Shown here: positions 1 through 10,408 of the stretch, piece by piece
Position numbering within the stretch: position 1 is the first letter of the stretch
Layout of the letters: every line of letters begins with the position of its first letter
IMG/VR virus record: IMGVR_UViG_3300020474_000005
Coordinates: 12,000 to 75,999 of that record
Origin: a virus
DNA length: 64,000 nucleotides
Direction: 5' to 3' (one strand)
Translations under genes and position numbers: made by a program
Notes under the pieces: model-generated
What the model was told of the DNA's origin: nothing
Seen by the model: only the letters and a program-made list of their open reading frames with translations
Database searches by the model: none

Positions 1-16
1 GAGCAAGAGATCTGGT

Positions 17-292
17 ATGACGGAAGAAGAAAAATTACTCGCGGAATACAACGACTACATGAATAGGATCACAACATGGAAAAAGAACCATGGAATATTC
101 TATAAGGACATACAAAAATTAGAAGACGCAGTTGCTATAATCATGGATAAGCGGTCAGATAAACTGATTGATTACCGTAGAACACGAAAACAACGTTATC
201 TAGACGAAGCAAACGATATACTCAAAGATGCACTAAAAACCATTAAAACGTTCTCGAAAGTGGAACTATTGGCATCACTCAGCAAACGATAA
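17..292 (+). CDS. hypothetical protein (91 aa, helical, charged)
   Basis: Open ORF with phage-like codon usage; its stop overlaps the next TAAATA motif. Confidence 0.6.
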   Translation: MTEEEKLLAEYNDYMNRITTWKKNHGIFYKDIQKLEDAVAIIMDKRSDKLIDYRRTRKQRYLDEANDILKDALKTIKTFSKVELLASLSKR

Positions 293-295
293 ATA
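290..295 (+). promoter_or_regulatory. T4-like late promoter core TAAATA. Other copies: 2973, 6206, 12561, 17754, 23824, 26231, 27235, 29124, 32931, 48551, 50990, 54279, 55005, 57470, 58430, 58960, 59549, 61801; on - strand 48527-48532 and 50924-50929; TAAGTA variants at 28351 and 60199
   Basis: The same hexamer, usually ATAAATA, recurs just upstream of most structural genes and resembles the T4 gp55 late promoter TATAAATA. Confidence 0.75.
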
Positions 296-306
296 CCTTG
301 TAACAT

Positions 307-371
307 ATGTTTTGGGCCAGGAGTTTACTCTTGGACTTATGGGGAATACCGACCCCGTAGACCTAGAACGT
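307..371 (+). ncRNA. candidate structured 5' leader (three-way junction)
   Basis: Stems 309-316/362-369, 317-323/328-334 and 338-344/353-359 lie between a late promoter and a GAGGAG RBS. Confidence 0.45.
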
Positions 372-390
372 CAAAAAGAGGAGAAAACAA

Positions 391-765
391 ATGGGAAGAC
401 CAGTAAACAAACGTAACTTCGGCGCTCTTGCCGATGGTACTAATATCACTATCAACTGTAAAGTAGCGGGTAATGGCGCTTCAGCAGTAGGTATGATTAA
501 AAGACAACGTTCAAACAACAAATTCTTAGTTGATGATGCAAAAGACGATTCAGGAAATGAAGGCGTTTGTACACTTGTAAACAAAGCAAGTGGATCACTA
601 GGATCAAATGAAATGTCTATAAACGGACAAATCGCGGCAACAGGTCAATCTGTGTTTATCAAAAGACTTTACAACAGAACTTGTAGAGACTTTGAAAACA
701 GAAGATACACTTATGCAATAAGTGATGACTCAACTGTTTCACAGTTATTGTTAACCGAGATATAA
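391..765 (+). CDS. hypothetical late protein, probably virion (124 aa)
   Basis: GAGGAG RBS and upstream late promoter. Confidence 0.75.
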   Translation: MGRPVNKRNFGALADGTNITINCKVAGNGASAVGMIKRQRSNNKFLVDDAKDDSGNEGVCTLVNKASGSLGSNEMSINGQIAATGQSVFIKRLYNRTCRDFENRRYTYAISDDSTVSQLLLTEI

Positions 766-820
766 TAAATTGATTTTTTAGGGGGTGGAAACACTCCCTA
801 AAAATTAAAAAGGATTTTTG

Positions 821-1828
821 ATGTCGAAAAATGTAATAGTAACAGATGGCAATTATAAAATTGTTGTACCTGATAATAACAGTATCGTTCTTGATACTGG
901 TACGTCTGTCGGCACAGTTGAGATTACAGGTAACTTACTTGTAAAAGGAACACAAACAACAGTAAATTCTGCAACACTAGAAATTGATGACAACATAATT
1001 GTTGTTAACAAAAATGAAAGTGCAAATGGTGTTTCTGAGACAACAGCAGGATTAAGAGTAGACAGAGGTGGACAAACTTATGAAGACGTTCAATTTGTTT
1101 ATGATGAATCAATTTCTTGGAACGATCCACAAACACAAACAACGTCACAAGGACCAAAAGGTGGTGGACCGCAAGGACCAAACTTTGGTGGCTGGGCAGT
1201 AACTTCAGCATCAGGAGATATATTAAGTTTAAGAGTTGCGAACATTAATAACAACAATGCAATTTATTTCCAACCAGGTGGTGCAGGCACATTAAGAATT
1301 ATTAGAGCAGGATACAAAGCATTAATAACAGACAACAATGATATTCCTAACAAAGAATATGTTGACTATGAAATTAATCAGGCTGTAATTGGTGCTAACA
1401 TTCCTAAGATTGGACAACAGGATACAGAAGTAATAATCACTGACACAGGTGTAGGTAAAATAGAATTTAAAGTTGATAACTCACTTTTAGGTTTATGGAA
1501 ACTAGGTGGTAACAACACAGGTCATTTAGAAATTTACAATGGCACAACTGATATAGGAAGTGTAAGAATAGAAGATGCAACAATAAGTGGATTGAATTCA
1601 AACCAAGATTTAGAACTTGTTGCTCCAGGAACTGGATCAGTAAGAATAAATGATTCAATGGTTATGCAAAACGTAACTGTTGATCCAGCAAAAGACAATA
1701 CAGGTGTCAAAATGTATGCTAAAACTCCAGGCGGAGGAGGCACAGGATTAAATTTTGTAAATACAAACGACTCAAGAGGAGAAGTAATCAGCACAAATAG
1801 AGCATTACTTTTTGGATTGATATTTTAA
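821..1828 (+). CDS. putative baseplate/fibre structural protein
   Basis: Gly/Thr/Asn-rich beta-type sequence; ATG at 821 follows AAGGA; ends in a hydrophobic tail (RALLFGLIF). Confidence 0.65.
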   Translation: MSKNVIVTDGNYKIVVPDNNSIVLDTGTSVGTVEITGNLLVKGTQTTVNSATLEIDDNIIVVNKNESANGVSETTAGLRVDRGGQTYEDVQFVYDESISWNDPQTQTTSQGPKGGGPQGPNFGGWAVTSASGDILSLRVANINNNNAIYFQPGGAGTLRIIRAGYKALITDNNDIPNKEYVDYEINQAVIGANIPKIGQQDTEVIITDTGVGKIEFKVDNSLLGLWKLGGNNTGHLEIYNGTTDIGSVRIEDATISGLNSNQDLELVAPGTGSVRINDSMVMQNVTVDPAKDNTGVKMYAKTPGGGGTGLNFVNTNDSRGEVISTNRALLFGLIF

Positions 1829-1837
1829 GGAGAAACA

Positions 1838-2170
1838 ATGGCAATAACAAATGGTAACGTTGGATCAGGACAAACAGTTGACGTGTTAACTGTGCCTGCA
1901 GGTAAAAGTTATGCTATCACTTCTGTGTTAATAACAAACACAGGATCAGAAGACCCAAATGGTGGACAGGACAGTAGATTTTATCTATATGCTGTGACTG
2001 GTTCGTACACTGCGAACAATTCTATGATAGTCAATAATGCAGTACTTCCAGGAGCAGAAACGTTTACGTTAGACACTGAAAAATTAGTGTTAGCGGAAAA
2101 TGACAAGTTAAAAGTTAGTGTGTCTGGTACAAACAGTGCATCAGTAGTAGTAAGTTATCTGGAGGTATAA
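1838..2170 (+). CDS. small virion connector-like protein (paralog of 10075..10407 and 23486..23806)
   Basis: Shared pattern T-x-P...N...EKLVL...L-x-V...S-Y-x-E; AGGAG RBS. Confidence 0.7.
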   Translation: MAITNGNVGSGQTVDVLTVPAGKSYAITSVLITNTGSEDPNGGQDSRFYLYAVTGSYTANNSMIVNNAVLPGAETFTLDTEKLVLAENDKLKVSVSGTNSASVVVSYLEV

Positions 2171-2967
2171 TGAGATATCTTAAGAGACAAAGCACCAACA
2201 GAAGACTGTTGAGAGGTAAAGGCGTAATATACGATCAATATGAAAATATTGAAATCCAATCTACTGGAGCCTTGTTAATGCCTAAAGGTACGACAGCGGA
2301 AAGACCGGTTTCTGTCGTTGGACAATTAAGATACAACACAACAACAAAATCATTTGAAGCCTATGAAGATTTACAAGGAGGTGGAGCCACTTGGAAAGAA
2401 TTTAGACTGGCTGAGCCTGTTGCCATCACACAACAAAATTTAGGAAATGGTGACGACACAGAAGTAAACTTTGGAATATTAAATTCTGCATACACAGGAT
2501 ATCTTGTGCCAACAACTGCACAATCAGTTTTAGTAATGGTGGAAAATGTTTTACAAATTCCAAGCACAAACTATACACTAACACAAAATCCATGCGATGT
2601 TTCAAGCAATCTTATAGGCGCAATTGGTAATTACAACTCAACTGGCGTAGGTGCATATGTAAGTTCTAACACAGGTATTGTAGACTTTACTTCTAAAGGA
2701 TACCACGTTGGACAGACTATTGTAGTATCAGGTGCCCAGACTGGTGGAAACAACGGAACAAAAACTGTAACGGCTGTAACGCCAAGTCATTTGAGTGTAA
2801 ATGCATTATTAACCACTGAAGCAAACAGTGGACAAGGAAATACCTTCGTCATTGACGGTAAAAGTTCAATTACAGGTGTTTCATATCCAACAGGCACATA
2901 CATCACATTCGGTACAGCAGTACCAACAGGAAAGCCTGTTACTGTGCTACATAACTTCGACAAATAA
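2170..2967 (+). CDS. virion structural protein with PxGTTAxRP...G-x-RYNT module
   Basis: Motif PKGTTAERPVSVVGQLRYNTTTKSFEAY recurs in the next two proteins; TAATG coupling to the previous gene. Confidence 0.65.
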   Translation: MRYLKRQSTNRRLLRGKGVIYDQYENIEIQSTGALLMPKGTTAERPVSVVGQLRYNTTTKSFEAYEDLQGGGATWKEFRLAEPVAITQQNLGNGDDTEVNFGILNSAYTGYLVPTTAQSVLVMVENVLQIPSTNYTLTQNPCDVSSNLIGAIGNYNSTGVGAYVSSNTGIVDFTSKGYHVGQTIVVSGAQTGGNNGTKTVTAVTPSHLSVNALLTTEANSGQGNTFVIDGKSSITGVSYPTGTYITFGTAVPTGKPVTVLHNFDK

Positions 2968-2994
2968 TCCAATAAATACTAAAAAAGGAGTGTC

Positions 2995-5900
2995 ATGCCA
3001 GTCACAAATGTAGGTAAAATATCGGGTCAGTTATTAAAAGCAAATTTAACACGTACAAGTGATTTGCTTATAGATAACACTCAAACCACATCCACTCCTA
3101 CACTATTCATCGGACACACAAACAATAGAATAGGTATCAAAACAGATAGTCCTACAAGAGAATTATTAGTAAATGGAGATACCAAAATTGCTGGTGACAG
3201 TATTCAAACAAACTCCATGACCGTGGGAAATCTTACCTTTAACGGCGTCACAAGCACCGTTACAGCGTCGGTAGGCAAGATTAACTTAAACAGTAGCGGA
3301 AGCCACGTGTTCAGCGAATTACGTACAGATAATTTGGCATTTACCAATAGCGGTATTAGAAGTTTGGGTGGATCGGACATTATGATTTATCCAGGTCCTG
3401 GCACAGGAAAATTTATAATTCCAACAGATTTAAAAAGTTATGGTGGCATTCATGCAACTGGTGATATAACTTTTGACGGCAGTGTATTCCTTGGAGGAGA
3501 TGGTTCAGAAGATTCATTAACTATTGGTGCAGATATCCATTCTAATTTAATTCCAGATGTCACAGGAACATATGATTTAGGTGAAACAGGAAAACGTTGG
3601 GGCGATGTAAGATTGGCTTCAATGCCAGGATTGAATGACGTAACAATTGACAACACAATTTCATTGGCAGGTGTTGCCGTCAACTTAGGTATTCAGAATA
3701 AATGGTATGTAAGTACAAACGGTGCAGACAACTTGGCAGGTAATCACCCTAACTTTGCGTTTGGTTCTATAAAACACGCATTAAGTTACATACAAGAAAG
3801 TTCAGGTGGTCCACATCAATTACACATTTTGCCAGGAACATATATAGAAGACTTTCCATTAGAAATACCTGAAAACGTAAGTATAAAAGGTTCAGGCATA
3901 CGTTCATGTATTATTAAACCTAGAGTACAATACAGAGGTAATGATGCATTCATAATGAACAATGCAACTATGGTTGCAGATGTAACCATTACAGATTTCC
4001 AGTATGTCCCGGCGGAGGACAAAGGTTATGCATTTAGATTTTCTACAAATGCTGGAATAGTAAGTAAGTCACCTTACGTTCAAAACGTGACAGTATTAAC
4101 ACATGGCGAAACAACTTCAGCATCTGATCCAAGAGGTTTTGCTTCAGGAGATGCTGGTAAGGGTGCATTATTAGATGCCAACGTTTTAGATACTGCATCA
4201 CCAAGAGCAAGTATGCTTTTCAATGGTGTAACATTTATCACTCCAGGTGTAGATGCTGTAACAGTTAAAAATGGATCAAGAATAGAATTTATAGATTGTT
4301 TTACATACTTCGCAAACAGAGGTTTGTATATGCAACACTCATTGAATCAGTACACACCATCAGCAGGTTCATACAATCCAGTTACTGGAGACATGAGTTT
4401 GACAGTTGGAAGTCATACAATGAGAGTTGGCGAAACTGTAACAATCGCAGACAACAGTTTAACTTTCACGTGTGCCCAAGACAATCATCAAACTGATCAC
4501 ACTTACCCTAGATCTACTGATCCTTATTCAGGTAAAAAAGTAACAATCACAGCCACAACTGCAACTGGTTTCACTTGTAACGTTGGAACTTCGAGCAACG
4601 TCACAGCACACTTATTCAAAAGTGCAACTTCAAACGCAGTTTCAGAAGGCACAATGAACGAAGCAAGAGTAATTGCAAGTGCAACAATATATGGAAACAA
4701 AGGTGTTGTTGCAGATGGTAATGGTTGTTTAGCATACCTTATCAGTCATAACTTTGCTTATGTTGGCACAGGAAAAAATGTTGAAAACGAAACAGATCAA
4801 ATCAATCAAGAAAATGAAGTTGAAGCATTAAACAATGCGAAAGTACACTTTGTAAGTCAAGACCAAGATGGAGATTTTAGAGTTGGTGACAACTTTGTTG
4901 TTGATTTAGGAAAAGGTACAACCACAATAGATGTAACTGGATTAGATTTAACAGGTTCAACGTTAACTGTTGGTACACCAGGTTCAACAACATTAATCAG
5001 TGCAACAGGTATCGACGTACCAAATTTCAGAATTAGTAATAATACTGTATCAACATTAGACAATGGATTAACAATAGATTCATCTGGTACAACTAATATT
5101 ACTGCAAATGCAAATATGCAGGCAAATGTAACTGTGTCAGGTGATGCAACTATTGCCGGTAGCGGTATTAATTTTGGTGATGCTCCTGGAGATACTATTA
5201 ATTTCTCTATGGACTTTACTGATAATCTTTTACCAAGCACAACCACTTTAAGCAATTTAGGAAGTGCAATTAAACAATGGCGTTCTGCCCAATTTGAGAC
5301 GGCAAATATTGATGGAATACAAATTAAAGATTCTACAATACAAACAACGGATACAAACTCAGGTTTAGATTTAAGAGGTAGCGGAACAGGTTCAGTAAAC
5401 CTAGAAGACATAAAATTCAAAACAGAAATAACATCAAATAATTCAAATGATGTGGGATTTGGTGTTGGCTCAGGTAGTTTACGATTTACAGGTTTACAAG
5501 ACATTCAATTGCCTAAAGGTACAACTGCACAAAGACCGGTTGCACAAAATTCAGTTAGATACAACACAGATGTAAATGAATTTGAAGTTCAATCAACTGG
5601 AAATATTCCTTTAGGTGGAATTAGAGATGGTGATTTAGATACAAAAGTTGACCTAACAAACAATGAATTTACTTTCTTTGCACAAGGCAACAACATGGGA
5701 ACAATCAACGGTTCGGGCCATTTGACTGTGCCAAGATTTGCTTCTCAAGACAAATTTACTATTGATGGCAATCAAATTACAGTCAGCACACCCGGTCAAG
5801 AAGCGGCCCTTGTTGCTAAAGGAAATGCAAAAGTTTTCCTAGATACATCACAATTTGAAATTCAAGGCGGTGAATTATTGACCACTGGCACAAACAGTGA

Positions 5901-6165
5901 CATGGTATTCACTGGTACTGGTCTAAAACAAAACAGAGTTATCTTCTTTGAAACTACACAGGCTTACAAAGGTCACGCAGGAAACACTGCGGCCCGAGAT
6001 GCACAAACAGCCAGACAGGGTGAATTGTGGTGGAATCAAACAACTTCGACACTTGAAGTATACACAGGAACTCAATGGAAATCTGCAACAGGTTTACAAG
6101 AAATCACAGTTACAGAGTCGTTTGCACAGGACTTGAATTTGCTCTACAACCTCATATTAAACTAA
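2995..6165 (+). CDS. large tail fibre/baseplate protein with pectin-lyase-like beta-helix (1056 aa)
   Basis: YVSTNGADN...FGSIKHAL...PGTYIE beta-helix cap; paralog of 6340..10068. Confidence 0.7.
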   Translation: MPVTNVGKISGQLLKANLTRTSDLLIDNTQTTSTPTLFIGHTNNRIGIKTDSPTRELLVNGDTKIAGDSIQTNSMTVGNLTFNGVTSTVTASVGKINLNSSGSHVFSELRTDNLAFTNSGIRSLGGSDIMIYPGPGTGKFIIPTDLKSYGGIHATGDITFDGSVFLGGDGSEDSLTIGADIHSNLIPDVTGTYDLGETGKRWGDVRLASMPGLNDVTIDNTISLAGVAVNLGIQNKWYVSTNGADNLAGNHPNFAFGSIKHALSYIQESSGGPHQLHILPGTYIEDFPLEIPENVSIKGSGIRSCIIKPRVQYRGNDAFIMNNATMVADVTITDFQYVPAEDKGYAFRFSTNAGIVSKSPYVQNVTVLTHGETTSASDPRGFASGDAGKGALLDANVLDTASPRASMLFNGVTFITPGVDAVTVKNGSRIEFIDCFTYFANRGLYMQHSLNQYTPSAGSYNPVTGDMSLTVGSHTMRVGETVTIADNSLTFTCAQDNHQTDHTYPRSTDPYSGKKVTITATTATGFTCNVGTSSNVTAHLFKSATSNAVSEGTMNEARVIASATIYGNKGVVADGNGCLAYLISHNFAYVGTGKNVENETDQINQENEVEALNNAKVHFVSQDQDGDFRVGDNFVVDLGKGTTTIDVTGLDLTGSTLTVGTPGSTTLISATGIDVPNFRISNNTVSTLDNGLTIDSSGTTNITANANMQANVTVSGDATIAGSGINFGDAPGDTINFSMDFTDNLLPSTTTLSNLGSAIKQWRSAQFETANIDGIQIKDSTIQTTDTNSGLDLRGSGTGSVNLEDIKFKTEITSNNSNDVGFGVGSGSLRFTGLQDIQLPKGTTAQRPVAQNSVRYNTDVNEFEVQSTGNIPLGGIRDGDLDTKVDLTNNEFTFFAQGNNMGTINGSGHLTVPRFASQDKFTIDGNQITVSTPGQEAALVAKGNAKVFLDTSQFEIQGGELLTTGTNSDMVFTGTGLKQNRVIFFETTQAYKGHAGNTAARDAQTARQGELWWNQTTSTLEVYTGTQWKSATGLQEITVTESFAQDLNLLYNLILN

Positions 6166-6218
6166 TAGTTTATTAAAGCAATATAATATAAAAACCAAAT
6201 CTTAATAAATAGTATTAA

Positions 6219-6317
6219 TGGTATGTCAGACCAGATATGCCAGGACAAACCGTGGTTAACCGGCGAAGAACTAACAAATAACGTTAGGTGAAAAACAGGT
6301 TAGAGGGACAAGATCCC
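6219..6317 (+). ncRNA. candidate structured 5' leader RNA
   Basis: Stems 6219-6227/6234-6242, 6256-6261/6298-6303, 6271-6275/6283-6287 and 6305-6308/6314-6317 in a 128-nt GC-richer region between TAAATA and the start codon. Confidence 0.5.
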
Positions 6318-6339
6318 CGTGCTAAAAAAGGAGTACACA

Positions 6340-9300
6340 ATGGCCGTTGGTCGAATTTCCGGGCAACTCTTGAAGTCAAACCTTCTGAGACAAGGTCAGA
6401 ATTTGGCTTTTGAGACTAACCTGTTATACATTGATGTTAATAACAACAGGGTCGGTATTAAAACCGCAACTCCGCAATATCCGTTAGATGTTAACGGAAC
6501 AGCACGTACAACAAATTTAGAAGCAACTGGAAACGTCCAAGTTGGCAATATCACAATATCAGGAAACAGTATCACAACAACTGCATCGCAGTTAAACTTA
6601 TCTGCACCTGACGGAATTCTATACAACAACAATCTACAAATTGATGACCTTATAATCAGCGGAAATACTATTAGAGCCACTGATTCTAATCAAAATTTTG
6701 AAATTGTTACAAGTGGAACAGGTACAGTTGATATCTATGGTGACACAAGAGTAAATGGTAATATCCATGCAACAGGTAACATCAGAACAGATGGTAATAT
6801 TACAATTGGTGACCAAGACACAGACTCATTAACAATCAATGCAGACGTGGCATCCAACTTAACTCCTGATGTTAGCAACACATATAACTTGGGTACAGCA
6901 ACAAAAAGATGGAACAACGCATACGCAAACAATTTAACTGTTGATAACTTAACACTATCAGGCAACATCACAGTACAAGGACTAAACTTAACAGCACGTC
7001 CAGGTAAAGTGATTTACGTTGCAACTAACGGCAGTGACAGTAATTCAGGAACTCACCAAAATGATCCTTACGCAACAATAGAACAGGCTTTGTCTGTATG
7101 TGTTGCTGGTGATCACGTTCACGTTTATCCAGGCACATACACAGAAGCATTTCCTTTAACTGTGCCAACAGGCGTATCAATAAGAGGTGATGGTTTAAGA
7201 GCAGTATCAATCCAACCAACTGGTTCAACAAATACGAAAGATGCTTTTATATTAAATGGTGAAGTAACAATTGAAGATATCACTATCACAGGTTTTTATT
7301 ACAACAGTTCAGCAAATGAAGGACACGCATTTAGATTTAATCCGTCTGGCAATGATGACAGTAGTGGTTTCCAAGTTACATCTAGATCACCTTACATAAG
7401 AAATATTACAGTAATCACGCAAGGTTCAACAACAACTGCGGCTGACCCAAGAGGTTTTGCGGCGGGAGATGCTGGAAGAGGAGCATTTTTTGATGGAGAA
7501 CTTGCTACACCAAACAGTAACGAAGCAAGTTGTTTATTTCAAAATGCAACATTTATTACTCCAGGTGTTGACGCAATCACATTAACAAACGGTGTTAGAA
7601 TTGAATGGTTAAACTCTTTCACATACTTTGCATTAACAAGTATCAATGCTTACGACGGCACAAACGGAATTAAAGGTGCAGGTCAAACTGCATTGAAACT
7701 TGGTGGCTTTTCAGGAGCCGCACTTGCACAAGGTCAAGTACTTTCTTACTATGACACATCAGGAAATATATTAGCAACAGGAACTATTGCGGCAGTTGAT
7801 GGTGGTAAAATTTTTATTAACGGAAAAAGCAGTGGTTTCCAATTGCCTTCAGAGCAAAACGGAAAAACAATTCAAGCAATAGGTGATGCAAAATTAGACA
7901 CAACAACTAAAAAATTCGGTTCAGCAAGTTTAAAATTAGACGGAACTGGTGACGCGGCAAAAATTAATACCAATGCCGACTTTGGATTTGGAACGGGTGA
8001 CTTTACGATTGACTTCTGGGCATATCCTAACGCAGTACAAACAACTTCATTGATTGATATGCGTAACAATGTATCAGTAGAAAATGCTTTTTACTTTTAT
8101 GTCGCAAACAATGTTCCAAAAATTTACATAAATGGTGTAGATATCATAACTGGTACACAGGGTTTCAACTTATCGGTATGGACGCACTGTGAAATAGTTA
8201 GAAGCAGTGGCACAATAACAGTTTACATCAATGGTACAAGTGTAGGAAGTGCAAGTGCATCGGCGGATTTTGCAAACGCGAAACCAATGGTAATAGGAAA
8301 CAACTATGGAAACACAAATGGTTGGAACGGATACATTGATGGATTAAGAGTTTACAAAGGACAAGCATTACACACAGGTAACTTTACAGCGCCAACTACA
8401 GAAGCAGTTGGTAATGCAAACACAAAACTAGTTGCAAACTTTAACGGTAACAATGCATCTACAACATTCTTAGATACAAATTTAATTGCACAAGATATTA
8501 GAACATCTGCAGGTGCAACAGCAACATCATTCACTCTTGTTGATTACACAGACTTTGGTGCTGAAGTAAGATCAATAGCATCTGCTTCTATCTATGGAAG
8601 ATTTGGAGTTAAAGGTGACGGTGTTGGTGTAAAAATGTATTTGATAAGTCATAACTTTGCGTACATTGGAAATGATTATGAAGTAGACAACGATGCGGCA
8701 ACAGTAATTCAAGCAAACGAAGTCGTTGCAAACAATGGAGCAAAAATATTTTATAGTTCAGTTGACCATAGAGGAGACTTTAGAGTTGGTGATCAATTTA
8801 GTGTTAATCAACAAACTGGACAAGTAAGTTTCACAAGTGCGGATTTAAACATTGATGTTGATTCTACTTTAACATTTACTACAGGTTCAGATGTTACAAC
8901 TATTTCAGGAAGTGAAATCCAATCAGGAAATGTAAAAATTAGTGGTAATACAATTACAACAACTTCAGGAAATTTAAATTTAGATTCATTTACTAATACA
9001 GTTGCTTTCAGCGACAATGTTAACATCACAGGAAATTTAGATGTTGGTGGAGATATTACAATTGGTGGTAACGTAACTATTGGTGATCAAACAACTGACA
9101 ATATTACAATATCGGCAGGTATTGCATCTGACTTAATTCCTGCAACAAACAATTTATACAACATTGGTTCTCCTACAAAAAACTGGAACAAACTTTTTGC
9201 AAACGAAGTAATAGTTGACAGTGTAAAAATTACAGGTAATCAGATTGAAACTATTGACACAAATGCAGATTTAGATTTAAGAACAAGTGGAACAGGAAAC

Positions 9301-10068
9301 ATAACACTTGAAAACTTTACGGCATCAGGTGATACAATTTCAAACACAACTGGAGACTTTATAGTAAATCCAGCAAGTTCAGTGTTTAAGGTTTCAGGTA
9401 CTGGCTCAATTAGAATACCATCTGGTAACACAGCACAAAGACCAGGCTCTCCAGTAGCAGGTATGATGAGATTTAACACTCAAACAAATGTATTTGAGGG
9501 TTACAACGGCAGTAACTGGATAGCACTTACTGGTGTTTATGACCTTGACCAAGACACTTACATCACAGCAGAACTTACGCCAGGTAACGATGATGACACA
9601 ATAAGATTTTATGCGGCAAATACTTTAGTAGCCAGTGTAAATTCAACTAGATTTGACGTCACAAAATTGGTAGTTGATAATATTGAAATTAGTGGAAACA
9701 CACTTACGACCACTGGAACCGACCAGGATTTGATCTTAAACGCCAATGGAAATGGTAGTATCAGGATTGAAGACTTCAGATTCCAAGGAAATACGATAAC
9801 TAATACTATATCGGCTCCGTTAAAGTTAAAAACTACTGGAACTGGGTATATTGACGTATCAGACGCTGGTGGATTTGTTATTCCGGTTGGATCAACAATT
9901 GATAGACCAGCAACTGGCTTGTTAGGTATGATTAGATACAATACCAATGATGAGCGGGTTGAGTTATACGACGGTCTACAATGGGGATCAATTGCAGGAT
10001 CTTCAGGTGCAGTAAGTATAATTGATGCAACAGAAATAGCCGTACAAATGGCGGTAACATTAGGATAG
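6340..10068 (+). CDS. large tail fibre protein with beta-helix and LamG/concanavalin-A-like domain
   Basis: True start is probably ATG 6340 (AGGAG upstream; MAVGRISGQLLK matches the paralog). LamG-like FGTGDFTIDFW...YING...GYIDGLRV at about 7909-8447. Confidence 0.75.
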   Translation: MAVGRISGQLLKSNLLRQGQNLAFETNLLYIDVNNNRVGIKTATPQYPLDVNGTARTTNLEATGNVQVGNITISGNSITTTASQLNLSAPDGILYNNNLQIDDLIISGNTIRATDSNQNFEIVTSGTGTVDIYGDTRVNGNIHATGNIRTDGNITIGDQDTDSLTINADVASNLTPDVSNTYNLGTATKRWNNAYANNLTVDNLTLSGNITVQGLNLTARPGKVIYVATNGSDSNSGTHQNDPYATIEQALSVCVAGDHVHVYPGTYTEAFPLTVPTGVSIRGDGLRAVSIQPTGSTNTKDAFILNGEVTIEDITITGFYYNSSANEGHAFRFNPSGNDDSSGFQVTSRSPYIRNITVITQGSTTTAADPRGFAAGDAGRGAFFDGELATPNSNEASCLFQNATFITPGVDAITLTNGVRIEWLNSFTYFALTSINAYDGTNGIKGAGQTALKLGGFSGAALAQGQVLSYYDTSGNILATGTIAAVDGGKIFINGKSSGFQLPSEQNGKTIQAIGDAKLDTTTKKFGSASLKLDGTGDAAKINTNADFGFGTGDFTIDFWAYPNAVQTTSLIDMRNNVSVENAFYFYVANNVPKIYINGVDIITGTQGFNLSVWTHCEIVRSSGTITVYINGTSVGSASASADFANAKPMVIGNNYGNTNGWNGYIDGLRVYKGQALHTGNFTAPTTEAVGNANTKLVANFNGNNASTTFLDTNLIAQDIRTSAGATATSFTLVDYTDFGAEVRSIASASIYGRFGVKGDGVGVKMYLISHNFAYIGNDYEVDNDAATVIQANEVVANNGAKIFYSSVDHRGDFRVGDQFSVNQQTGQVSFTSADLNIDVDSTLTFTTGSDVTTISGSEIQSGNVKISGNTITTTSGNLNLDSFTNTVAFSDNVNITGNLDVGGDITIGGNVTIGDQTTDNITISAGIASDLIPATNNLYNIGSPTKNWNKLFANEVIVDSVKITGNQIETIDTNADLDLRTSGTGNITLENFTASGDTISNTTGDFIVNPASSVFKVSGTGSIRIPSGNTAQRPGSPVAGMMRFNTQTNVFEGYNGSNWIALTGVYDLDQDTYITAELTPGNDDDTIRFYAANTLVASVNSTRFDVTKLVVDNIEISGNTLTTTGTDQDLILNANGNGSIRIEDFRFQGNTITNTISAPLKLKTTGTGYIDVSDAGGFVIPVGSTIDRPATGLLGMIRYNTNDERVELYDGLQWGSIAGSSGAVSIIDATEIAVQMAVTLG

Positions 10069-10074
10069 AATAAA

Positions 10075-10407
10075 ATGGCAACGACCTTTAGAAACAACGT
10101 AACAAAAAACATAGGTACAATACCTAACTCAGTTTATACAGCAGGTAATGGAATTTACACAACTGTGGTTGGAATGGTTTTAGCAAATTTAACAGAATCA
10201 GTTGTAAAAGCAAGTGTAACTTTAACTGCTACTCCAGATTCAGTATCAGGTTTTATAGTAAAAGATGTTTTGATAGCACCTAACTCAAGTTTACGTGTGT
10301 TAAACTCGGGAGAAAAATTAATTGTTGCAAGTCAAAACAGTTTGAACGTACAAGCAAACATCAACGACTCACTTGATTGTGTGTTAAGTTATGTGGAGAT
10401 AAGTTAA
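10075..10407 (+). CDS. small virion connector-like protein (110 aa)
   Basis: Paralog of 1838..2170. Confidence 0.7.
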   Translation: MATTFRNNVTKNIGTIPNSVYTAGNGIYTTVVGMVLANLTESVVKASVTLTATPDSVSGFIVKDVLIAPNSSLRVLNSGEKLIVASQNSLNVQANINDSLDCVLSYVEIS

Positions 10408-10408
10408 G

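Noticed and set aside
775-804. Strong GAAA-loop hairpin as a terminator
   Set aside because: The T run precedes and the A run follows the stem on both strands, so there is no 3' U tract. It is at most a stabilising or processing hairpin.
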